In this document: positions 48,345 to 56,479 of the stretch, in pieces
Numbering within the stretch: position 1 is the stretch's first letter
Layout: each line of letters opens with the position of its first letter
Assembly: GCA_049968255.1 (NCBI GenBank)
Contig: JBMFRB010000007.1
Coordinates: forward strand, 1 to 64,000
Length of the DNA: 64,000 nucleotides
Direction: 5' to 3'
Source of the DNA: Candidatus Sumerlaeaceae bacterium
GTDB lineage: Bacteria; Sumerlaeota; Sumerlaeia; Sumerlaeales; Sumerlaeaceae
The notes under the pieces: generated by a model
The model's input: the letters and a program-made list of their open reading frames with translations, nothing else
Told to the model about the DNA's origin: nothing
The model's database searches: none
Program-made: the position numbers and the translations under genes

Positions 48345-49103
48345 ATGAAAACTCGCGTTTCGAAAGATCATGTTGCACGTGGCTGGCGTCTGGCGTTGCG
48401 AAAATTTCTGCGCGAGATCGCACTGCGCGGCGGAGTTCGCATGGCAACGTGCGCGCTACGTGCCCTGCGCCACACGTGGCACGTGGAGCGTGTGGATAAA
48501 GAGCGCTTTTTCTTGACGCCTGTGATCGTGGCTTTCTGGCATGGCGATCTCCTCATCGGAGCAGCAGAAGCTCTCTGGTCCAGACGGCGCGATTTTGCGA
48601 CATTGACGAGCAGAAGCCGCGATGGCGAAGTGGCTGCAACGCTTGCACGTCAGGTAGGCGTGACTCCGCTGCGAGGGGGGGCTTCGCGCGGACAAGTGGA
48701 GGCATTGCGGGCGATGGAGCGGTGGCTTAGTCAGAAAGGCAGCCTCGTTGTCGCGGTCGATGGGCCGCGTGGACCCAGAGGCGTCGTAAAAAGCGGGGTT
48801 ATTTTGTTAGCATCGCGTTCAGGTGTCCCTATCGTTCCTGCTGCAGCGATTGTGCCAGAGGGGCAAAGCTGGCGGTTCCGCTCGTGGGACAAAATGTGCC
48901 TTCCTAAACCAGGCTGTCGGTTTCAAGTTGTCTTCGGGGAACCGATTCGTGTGCCTAGCAAACTTTCGCGCGACGAGCTAGAATCATTTAGAATTCTGCT
49001 CGAACGGGAACTGTTTTGCTTGCATAAAGAACCTCAAGTGGCCAATGACAAGCCAAGAGAAAATGAAAATTGTGTTGAAGTGCAACCTCGCTTCCATGCG
49101 TAG
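48345..49103 (+). CDS. DUF374 family acyltransferase (LpxJ-like)
   Basis: AFWHG, SRSRDGE, RGGASRG, AVDGPRGP, SWDKMCLPKP; start uncertain. Confidence 0.82.
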   Translation: MKTRVSKDHVARGWRLALRKFLREIALRGGVRMATCALRALRHTWHVERVDKERFFLTPVIVAFWHGDLLIGAAEALWSRRRDFATLTSRSRDGEVAATLARQVGVTPLRGGASRGQVEALRAMERWLSQKGSLVVAVDGPRGPRGVVKSGVILLASRSGVPIVPAAAIVPEGQSWRFRSWDKMCLPKPGCRFQVVFGEPIRVPSKLSRDELESFRILLERELFCLHKEPQVANDKPRENENCVEVQPRFHA

Positions 49104-49145
49104 TCGTAAGGGCGAGTCGCACGAATTTGACGGTTCGAGATGGGA

Positions 49146-50315
49146 ATGAAAACGAGAATCCTGAAAAGTCTGTTAGTGGCTGCGATGTGTGTGGCCTGCG
49201 TGGGAGGAAGTCTCTCCGCGGCTGAAGAAGGTGCGGCCGGTGGTCTCGCGCCTGCGGCTGCTCCCACGCCGGCTGCTGCGCCTGTGCCAGCGGTCGCGCC
49301 TGCTTCTCCTGCCGAACCTGCTGGCGCTCCTCCGGCGCTTTCGGCATTGCCTGGCACTGAAGGGACAACGTCGCCCACACCCGGAGCAGCTCTGGCAGTG
49401 CCGACACCACCTCCGCTGCCAAGCTTGGGACAAGTGATTGGCGAAGAAAAACCGCAAACCACTGAGACCGTTGCCACTGCGGCGGCTGCTCCACAAGAAC
49501 TCTATGAGTTCCTCTACCTCAAGCATGACGAGTATGGGCCGGTAAGACTCAAGGTCAGCCCCCAGGAGGCTGAAAAGATCCGAGAGAAAGAAATTCGCCT
49601 TCTCATGAGGGATTTCCCAAGCGGCCCCAGCCAGCAGCCGCAACAGCAACAAGGGGATGCGACGCGCGCGTTTGCCGAGTGGGACTATTATTTCGAGCAA
49701 CTTCAACTTTACTCGCAATATGTGAAAGAGGTCGTACTCCCAGAGAAAAAGGACGATTTGGACGATCCCAATTTTGATGTAAACAACCAAGATGCAGCTG
49801 TGCAGAGCCGATCTGAATTGAAAACAGGCTACGAGAAAAAAGCGCAAGAGCTGACCAATGAACAGCGCGATGAGAATTCGGCTTTTTATGAGCGGATTCA
49901 GCAGCGCGAAGATCGGCGAAAACGTTATTACGAATGGATTGCCTCGCAGAAGCGCCAGCTTGATGAATGGGCTAAAGTTTGGGCACGCCGTGCCAACGGT
50001 ACGCAGTGGGTGACTGCGAGTGGAGAGGTACGGCGGGATGATTGGTATTATGGCAAGAACTTCAATCCGGGTGGTCCCGTAGCGACGACGATTGACGGCC
50101 AGACCTTTGTTTTCTCGTCGGAGCCCGCTGCGGGCTTACAGATGGATGAATTGAACGTGCTTTCGACGAATCTGACGCCGTATGACATCTTGGATCAGAA
50201 CGGCGTTCTGAAGAATCCGACTACAGAAAGGCAGCGCGGGACCCTGGTTGAACCGCCAGCTTTGCCGACGCCCACGCCGGTGCCTGGCATTATTCAGACA
50301 CTTGAAAATCAGTGA
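49146..50315 (+). CDS. Hypothetical exported protein with Pro/Ala-rich linker and coiled-coil region
   Basis: Signal peptide; PAAAPTPAAAPVP tract; helical charged core; long uninterrupted ORF. Confidence 0.7.
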   Translation: MKTRILKSLLVAAMCVACVGGSLSAAEEGAAGGLAPAAAPTPAAAPVPAVAPASPAEPAGAPPALSALPGTEGTTSPTPGAALAVPTPPPLPSLGQVIGEEKPQTTETVATAAAAPQELYEFLYLKHDEYGPVRLKVSPQEAEKIREKEIRLLMRDFPSGPSQQPQQQQGDATRAFAEWDYYFEQLQLYSQYVKEVVLPEKKDDLDDPNFDVNNQDAAVQSRSELKTGYEKKAQELTNEQRDENSAFYERIQQREDRRKRYYEWIASQKRQLDEWAKVWARRANGTQWVTASGEVRRDDWYYGKNFNPGGPVATTIDGQTFVFSSEPAAGLQMDELNVLSTNLTPYDILDQNGVLKNPTTERQRGTLVEPPALPTPTPVPGIIQTLENQ

Positions 50316-50403
50316 CACGTGTGGCCTGGAGAATATCGCATAAACCTAGCGCGCGTGTTGTAATTGCAGCACAAATCTGCAGCGTTCTTTGATTTAGCCG
50401 CTA

Positions 50404-50670
50404 AAGGCGTTGAAGAGGAGTAGTAGGAATACGCTCGGCCTTGGAGAGAGCCGCTGGTTGGTGAGAAGCGGTGGCGAGCCTTCCGAACTCGCCTTGGAGC
50501 CGCGATGGTGAACGGCATGGATAGCCGCTAGCTGTCGCCGCGAGCTCGGCGTAACAAGAGCAAATGAAGGCACCGGAGCAATACAGTGCGCCTTGCACGG
50601 TGCGAAGCAGGGTGGTACCACGACTGGAAAGTTCGTCCCCGCGATTTCAAGAATCGCGGGGATTTTGTTT
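50404..50670 (+). ncRNA. T-box riboswitch, leucine specifier (CUC), transcription-attenuation type
   Basis: Stem I with AGUA, AGAGA bulge and GGUGAGA distal loop; specifier GAA-CUC-G (CUC 50488-50490); stems II and III; T-box GGGUGGUACCACG (50610-50622); overlapping terminator; lies upstream of leuA. Confidence 0.93.
50636..50670 (+). terminator. T-box-controlled intrinsic terminator
   Basis: TCCCCGCGATT-TCAAG-AATCGCGGGGA then TTTTGTTT; its 5' arm is shared with the antiterminator. Confidence 0.9.
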
Positions 50671-50902
50671 AGAAGTCATGTGCAAACCACGAAATATAGA
50701 TTTCACTTTTGGCCGATGCGGTCATTATGGGCAGGTTGGCGTGCGCGGATGTATCCGCGAGCTCGCCAACTACACGTTCCGCAACCGCAGCACCCTGGCC
50801 CTATGAGACGCGTCGATGTAGCCCGTGCAGGAAGATCGTTCGCGAGGTTATAGCAAGCGTTCCATTCTCTTACCCACGTACAAAAAAAAGGAGTTAGTTA
50901 TA

Positions 50903-52471
50903 ATGACAGCAGTACAGCGTGATCCTAACCGCGTTATTATTTTCGACACAACCCTTCGCGACGGCGAGCAATCGCCCGGAGCGACGATGAATCTACAGGA
51001 AAAGTTGGAAATCGCACGCCAGTTGACACGGTTGGGCGTGGATGTCATCGAGGCTGGGTTTCCTATCTCATCGCCGGGGGATTTTGAGGCCGTCTGTGCA
51101 ATTGCCGAGGAAATCGACGGCCCAGTCATTTGCGGGCTGGCGCGTGCCATTGAGAAAGATATTGTTCGCTGCGGCGAGGCGGTGACGCGCAATAAGCGCG
51201 GCCGCATTCACACCTTCATTGCAACGTCGCAGATCCACATCGAAAAAAAGCTGCGCATGACTAAGGAGCAGGTCATCGAGACGGCGGTGAACGCTGTGAG
51301 GTTGGCAAAGACGTTTACGCCAGATGTTGAGTTTTCATGTGAGGACGCTGGCCGGACCGATTGGGACTATATGGTTGATGTCATTAGCGCCGTCATCGAG
51401 GCTGGGGCGACGACCATCAATGTGCCTGATACCGTGGGTTACTGCAATCCATGGGAGTTCGGTGAGTGTATTGCCTATCTCCTGAAAAAGGTGAGGGGTG
51501 CGGACAGGGTCGTCTTCAGCGCACACTGCCATAACGACCTTGGCCTGGCTGTTGCGAACTCGTTGGCGGCCTTGCGTGCTGGCGCACGACAGGTGGAATG
51601 CACAATCAATGGCATCGGCGAACGCGCCGGAAATGCGTCGTTGGAAGAAATTGTCATGAATCTGAAAGTGCGCCAGGACTTTTACGGCCTGACGACGGGC
51701 ATCAACACGCGAGAGATTTATCGGACGTCGCGGTTGGTGTCGGAAATCACTGGCATCCGCGTGCAGCGTAACAAGGCAATTGTTGGGGCGAATGCGTTCG
51801 CGCATGAAGCAGGTATTCACCAGGACGGCGTGCTCAAAGAGCGGTCGACTTACGAAATTATGCGCGCAGAAGATGTGGGTTGGACTGGCGAATCCATGGT
51901 GCTGGGCAAGCATTCGGGTCGGCACGCGTTCAAGACTCGGTTGGCACAGCTGGGTTACGATTCACTCTCTGAGGAAGAGATCAACAAGGCCTTCGAGCGG
52001 TTCAAAGAGCTCTGCGACAAGAAGAAGGAGGTTCTGGACGAAGATCTCTACGCCATCGTCGAGGACGAAGTGTTCCACGCGCCAGAGGTTTATCAGCTTG
52101 ATTACCTCGGGTTCTTGAGCGGCACGAGCACCGTGCCAACGGCGACAGTACGGCTGCGTAAAGGCGATCAAGTAATGCAGGAAGCTGCTTGTGGCGATGG
52201 GCCGGTAGATGCTGCGTTCCGCGCGGTGGAGAAGCTGGTGAACGTGAGCACCGAGCTCATTGACTACACGGTGGAAGCGGTCACAGGCGGCACGGATGCC
52301 CAGGGACAGGTGTCGGTGACAGTGCGCGTGAACGGCAAGAAGGTCCGCGCACGTGGCTCGCATACTGATGTTGTCACGGCGAGCGTCAAAGCATATCTCC
52401 ACGCAATCAACAAAGCCCTGCAACTCAGGGAGATCGCCGCAAACTACGAAGTCCCCAAGAGCGGCATGTGA
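50903..52471 (+). CDS. leuA: 2-isopropylmalate synthase
   Basis: [46 protein letters not shown], regulatory GDGPVDA; AAGGAG RBS before ATG 50903. Confidence 0.96.
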   Translation: MTAVQRDPNRVIIFDTTLRDGEQSPGATMNLQEKLEIARQLTRLGVDVIEAGFPISSPGDFEAVCAIAEEIDGPVICGLARAIEKDIVRCGEAVTRNKRGRIHTFIATSQIHIEKKLRMTKEQVIETAVNAVRLAKTFTPDVEFSCEDAGRTDWDYMVDVISAVIEAGATTINVPDTVGYCNPWEFGECIAYLLKKVRGADRVVFSAHCHNDLGLAVANSLAALRAGARQVECTINGIGERAGNASLEEIVMNLKVRQDFYGLTTGINTREIYRTSRLVSEITGIRVQRNKAIVGANAFAHEAGIHQDGVLKERSTYEIMRAEDVGWTGESMVLGKHSGRHAFKTRLAQLGYDSLSEEEINKAFERFKELCDKKKEVLDEDLYAIVEDEVFHAPEVYQLDYLGFLSGTSTVPTATVRLRKGDQVMQEAACGDGPVDAAFRAVEKLVNVSTELIDYTVEAVTGGTDAQGQVSVTVRVNGKKVRARGSHTDVVTASVKAYLHAINKALQLREIAANYEVPKSGM

Positions 52472-52528
52472 GGGAGAATCGTGTTTATCCTGTAGATCTG
52501 CTGAAAAACGAAAAGTGAGTGAAGAGCT

Positions 52529-52564
52529 GCGGCGGAACAAGAGCGTTCCGCCGCCTTCTTTCTG
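52529..52564 (+). terminator. Intrinsic terminator after leuA
   Basis: GCGGCGGAAC-AAGAGC-GTTCCGCCGC followed by CTTCTTTTCT. Confidence 0.75.
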
Positions 52565-52597
52565 CACGGCCAAAGACCTTTGAAGCGCATGAAATTT

Positions 52598-53227
52598 TTA
52601 GGCTGTTTTTGCTTTGCTGGCTAGCTCGGCGATGCGGCGCATCATTTCTGCTGCGAGCAGGCTATAAGCTGCGCGCTTATCCTCGGTGCCGGCGATGAGC
52701 TCATCAGGAAGGAAAGGCTCTCCGAAATGAACGCGGACTTTGGTGAATTTGGGCCAGCTACGGCCGCGAGGTAACGCATCGTAGGTGCCCTCGATGTAGA
52801 CCGGAAGAATGGGAACTCCAGCCTGCATGGCTATCATGGCTGCACCGGCTTTTGCCTGCTGGAGCTCACCGTCGAATGTTCGTGTTCCTTCAGGAAAGAG
52901 AAGCAGAATTTCGCCCGAGCGCAGTGCCTCAACGCATTGGCGTAAAGCCTTTCGGTCCACGCCACCACGCTCTATGGGATAAGCAAAAAGATTTCGGATA
53001 GCCCAACCAAGCAGAGGGAGATCGAAAAGCTCTCGCTTTGCTAGCGTGTTGCAAATCCGCGGCACACTCACAGCAATCAGTGGTGGATCAAGGTTGCTCG
53101 CGTGATTGGCCACAAGAAGGCATCCACCCTTATGGGGAATATTTTCGACGCCCTTGGCCTCCAGGCGGAAGAGAAGGCGGCCGAGCGCACGGATGATTGC
53201 CCTGACTAGCCAATAAAAAGGCTTCAT
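52598..53227 (-). CDS. plsC: 1-acyl-sn-glycerol-3-phosphate acyltransferase
   Basis: NHASNLDP, FPEGTR; ATGA overlap with the upstream kinase gene. Confidence 0.9.
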   Translation of the reverse strand: MKPFYWLVRAIIRALGRLLFRLEAKGVENIPHKGGCLLVANHASNLDPPLIAVSVPRICNTLAKRELFDLPLLGWAIRNLFAYPIERGGVDRKALRQCVEALRSGEILLLFPEGTRTFDGELQQAKAGAAMIAMQAGVPILPVYIEGTYDALPRGRSWPKFTKVRVHFGEPFLPDELIAGTEDKRAAYSLLAAEMMRRIAELASKAKTA

Positions 53228-54435
53228 TTGAGTGCGAGGGCTCCGGCCACAATGGAGGTCACAATTTCCACGGCCTCATCTAGAGGGATGTCAGTGGTGT
53301 CGATAATCGTTGCGTTGGGGGCTAGGCGTAGCGCGCCGTGCGTGCGTGTGCGATCGCGCCGATCGCGCTCGATAATGTCACGGCGCAACTGTTGCACATC
53401 AATAGGGTGGCCTTCTTGCTGATGCTGAAGGATGCGCCGGCGAACGCGCTCATCGAGCGATGCTACGACGTAAAACTTCCATCGTGCTTCGGGGATAACG
53501 ACCGTGCCAATATCGCGCCCATCGAGCACGCACCTGCCGCGCAAGGCCAGTTGACGTTGCAGACGGACCAGTTCTGTGCGAACACCTGGAATATCAGCGA
53601 CGGGGCTTGTATTGCGCGAAACTTCTGGAGCTCGAATGGCTTCCGTGACATCTTCGCCGTTGAGGAGCACGCGATTTGGTTGTTCGCCGGGACGCTCTTC
53701 ATATCGTATATCGAGTGAATGGGCGAGGGCGGTAAGCGCGTCCGCGTCGTCAAGGAGCACTCCACGGCGCATGGCCTCATAGGTGACGCATCGGTACATA
53801 GCACCGGTGTCGATGTGGGAGAAGCCGAGGCGCTTTGCGACCTTTTTCGCCAGCGAGCTTTTTCCCGAGGCAACAGGGCCGTCGATGGCGACGATAGTAT
53901 CGAAGACGTCTTCGTCGTCTGCAGTGCGCTTATCGAGTTCTTCGATGATGCGCTCGACAATTTCATCGGTCGTGTGATCGGTGGTATCGAGGTGGATGTC
54001 GGAGGTTTCGGCGTAGAGGTCGCGGCGCTCGTGCAGGAGCTGTGTGAGCTTTTTCAGGGGCTGGGAACGCGAAAGAAGAGGCCGGTTTGGGTCATCTCCA
54101 ATCCGTTCGAGCAGCACTTCGGCTGGTGCGTCGAGCCACACGACAAGGCCGAGCTCTCGCAGGCGTTGGCGATTTTCGGCTGAAAGAATCACCCCGCCGC
54201 CTGTGGCGATGACAGAATGGCGGGCCGACATGATTTCCTCGAGCACTTCGCTTTCGAGTTGGCGGAAATAGGCCTCTCCGCGCGTCTGAAAAATTGCGGG
54301 AATAGTCATGTTCGCACGACGCTCGATGAGCTCGTCGAGATCGATAAACTCCATACCCGTCTTTTTTGCAAGGTCGCGGCCAATGCTCGTTTTGCCGCTT
54401 CCCATCATGCCAATCAGAACAACGTTTTTATCCAT
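53224..54435 (-). CDS. aroK-cmk: Fused shikimate kinase / cytidylate kinase
   Basis: N-half LIGMMGSGKT, GEAYFRQLE, ATGGG, RPLL; C-half IAIDGPVASGKSS, IDTGAMYR, LDGRDIGTVV, IERDRRD. Confidence 0.92.
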   Translation of the reverse strand: MDKNVVLIGMMGSGKTSIGRDLAKKTGMEFIDLDELIERRANMTIPAIFQTRGEAYFRQLESEVLEEIMSARHSVIATGGGVILSAENRQRLRELGLVVWLDAPAEVLLERIGDDPNRPLLSRSQPLKKLTQLLHERRDLYAETSDIHLDTTDHTTDEIVERIIEELDKRTADDEDVFDTIVAIDGPVASGKSSLAKKVAKRLGFSHIDTGAMYRCVTYEAMRRGVLLDDADALTALAHSLDIRYEERPGEQPNRVLLNGEDVTEAIRAPEVSRNTSPVADIPGVRTELVRLQRQLALRGRCVLDGRDIGTVVIPEARWKFYVVASLDERVRRRILQHQQEGHPIDVQQLRRDIIERDRRDRTRTHGALRLAPNATIIDTTDIPLDEAVEIVTSIVAGALALK

Positions 54436-54438
54436 CGC

Positions 54439-55653
54439 CTAGTAGTTGTCCAGATACTCGACGTAAGCTTGATAGTTTCGCCGGATTTCAGCAACCGAAT
54501 CCCCACCGAACTTTTCGAGAAATGCTTGAGCAAGCACAAAAGCAACGATGGCTTCGCCGACGACGGCAGCAGCCGGAACGGCGCAGACGTCGCTGCGCTC
54601 GCGTACAGCATCAAACGGCTCCTTCGAGCGCAAATCCACGCTTGGTAAAGGACGCATGAGGGTTGCAATCGGCTTCATTGCGGCCCGCACCACGATGGGT
54701 TCGCCGTTACTGATGCCGCCCTCGATTCCGCCGGCGTTATTGGATAGATGGTAAAATCCGCCCGACGGGCCGCGTCCGCGCTCGTGGCGCAAGCGGTCAC
54801 GTTCGCGGGGGTGGGGTGTATAAGCAATGGGATCGTGGACGGCTGAGCCGAGGCGATCGGCAACGCCGAAACCCATGCCAACACTCACGCCTTTGATGGC
54901 CTGACAGCTCATAAGCGCGTAAGCGAGCCGAGCATCAAGCTTCTCGTCCCAGTTCATCGTGTTTCCGAGGCCGACGGGCACTCCAGTCGCAATCACTTCG
55001 TACACGCCCCCAACGGTGTCGCCGTTCTCCTTGGCGCGACGAATCAGTTCGCGCATCTGCTCTTCAATTTCTGGCCGCGCAACACGCAAATCGCTCTGCT
55101 CGGCGCGTGTGCGAATGGTCTCGTAGTCGAGATCCTTGGTATCAACCTCAATGCCTCCGAGATTGACGACGTGGCTCATGATGGAAATACCGAATTCTTC
55201 GAGCAGGCGCCTACACACGGCCCCGACGGCCACGCGGGCAGCGGTTTCGCGGGCGCTGGCGCGTTCAAGAACATTGCGGGCGTCGCGATGACCGAACTTC
55301 AATGCGCCGGCCAAATCGGCATGCCCCGGGCGCGGACGTGTGACAATACGCTGTTCGTCAAGCTCTCCGGGAGCAGGGTCCATTTGCTCTACCCAAACTT
55401 GGTAATCGCGATTTTCAATGACGAGGGCGACCGGCGAGCCAAGCGTGTAGCCTTTGCGCACGCCGCCGCAAATTTTGACAGTGTCTTTTTCAATTTTCAT
55501 GCGGGCTCCCCGGCCGTAGCCGAGTTGTCGGCGGGCCAGATCGCGATTGATGTGATCGGCAGTGATGAACAATCCGGCAGGGATGCCACGCACAATCGCT
55601 GTGAGCTGGGGCCCGTGCGATTCGCCAGCGGTCATGTAGTCGAGTCGCTTCAC
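54439..55653 (-). CDS. aroC: Chorismate synthase
   Basis: [49 protein letters not shown]. Confidence 0.97.
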   Translation of the reverse strand: MKRLDYMTAGESHGPQLTAIVRGIPAGLFITADHINRDLARRQLGYGRGARMKIEKDTVKICGGVRKGYTLGSPVALVIENRDYQVWVEQMDPAPGELDEQRIVTRPRPGHADLAGALKFGHRDARNVLERASARETAARVAVGAVCRRLLEEFGISIMSHVVNLGGIEVDTKDLDYETIRTRAEQSDLRVARPEIEEQMRELIRRAKENGDTVGGVYEVIATGVPVGLGNTMNWDEKLDARLAYALMSCQAIKGVSVGMGFGVADRLGSAVHDPIAYTPHPRERDRLRHERGRGPSGGFYHLSNNAGGIEGGISNGEPIVVRAAMKPIATLMRPLPSVDLRSKEPFDAVRERSDVCAVPAAAVVGEAIVAFVLAQAFLEKFGGDSVAEIRRNYQAYVEYLDNY

Positions 55654-55734
55654 GATGCGATTAGTCCTCTTCTCTACATCAAATTATCTGTGTGGCCTTT
55701 ACGTTTGCGGCTTTGCTGCAGAGACATTTTTCGG

Positions 55735-56445
55735 TCAACGTTCAGTGCGAAGGATTTGAGCAAAGTCGCCCGATTTGACGCCGAGGGCATTGGCATCGTC
55801 GGTATCGAGATGGAGCTCCGATCGAAAGGTTTCGGCGGCACGCACCTGCACATCGAGAAGAATTGCGGGGCGCTCGCCTTCGACGTGCACAGCCACAGTA
55901 TCTTTGTCGCGAAGTCCCAGCGCAGCAGCTTCGCTCACGTGGAGGTGGATGTGGCGATTTGCTCGAATGACCCCGCTGGTGAGAGTGACAGAACCGACCG
56001 GCCCCACAAGCGTTAGACCAATGGAATCGCGGTGGTCTCCACTCGGGCGCACGGGCGGCGGTTTTTTCAAACCGAGCGCAAAACAGTCGGTGAGGGAAAT
56101 TTCAACCTGTGTTGCTTTCCGCAGTGGTCCTAGAATGCGAACAGGTCCCAGACATTTGCCCGCTGACGAGACGATGAGCACTTGTTGATTGCTGGCAAAC
56201 TCGCCAGTCTGGCGGAGTGGACGGAGGACGGTAAGTTCAGCGTTTGGGCCAAAGAGAGTTTCCAAATGTTCTCGGCTTAGATGCACGTGGCGCGCGGAGA
56301 CGCCAATAGGAATTCGACCGGCTCGCAGATCGTCACTGATGAGAGTTTCAATCGTCCTGCTCGCCTGCGGGTGAGCTTGCGGCTCCCGCTGCTGCAGACG
56401 TTCAATAACGCGCGCTACGATTGTGTCCACCAAGCTGGGATCCAT
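55735..56445 (-). CDS. pduL: Phosphate propanoyltransferase PduL with N-terminal encapsulation-peptide-like helix
   Basis: GVSARHVHL, VRILGPLR, QVEISLTD, RPSGD, RHIHL, HLDTDDANA; start moved to MDPSLVD. Confidence 0.92.
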   Translation of the reverse strand: MDPSLVDTIVARVIERLQQREPQAHPQASRTIETLISDDLRAGRIPIGVSARHVHLSREHLETLFGPNAELTVLRPLRQTGEFASNQQVLIVSSAGKCLGPVRILGPLRKATQVEISLTDCFALGLKKPPPVRPSGDHRDSIGLTLVGPVGSVTLTSGVIRANRHIHLHVSEAAALGLRDKDTVAVHVEGERPAILLDVQVRAAETFRSELHLDTDDANALGVKSGDFAQILRTER

Positions 56446-56479
56446 ATGGGGAATGATTCGCGAAAACAGCGCGTGAGAC

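Noticed and set aside
54752-54820. Short Arg-rich insertion in AroC ([20 protein letters not shown])
   Set aside because: It falls in a variable loop before the SNNAGG motif; too small to imply new function.
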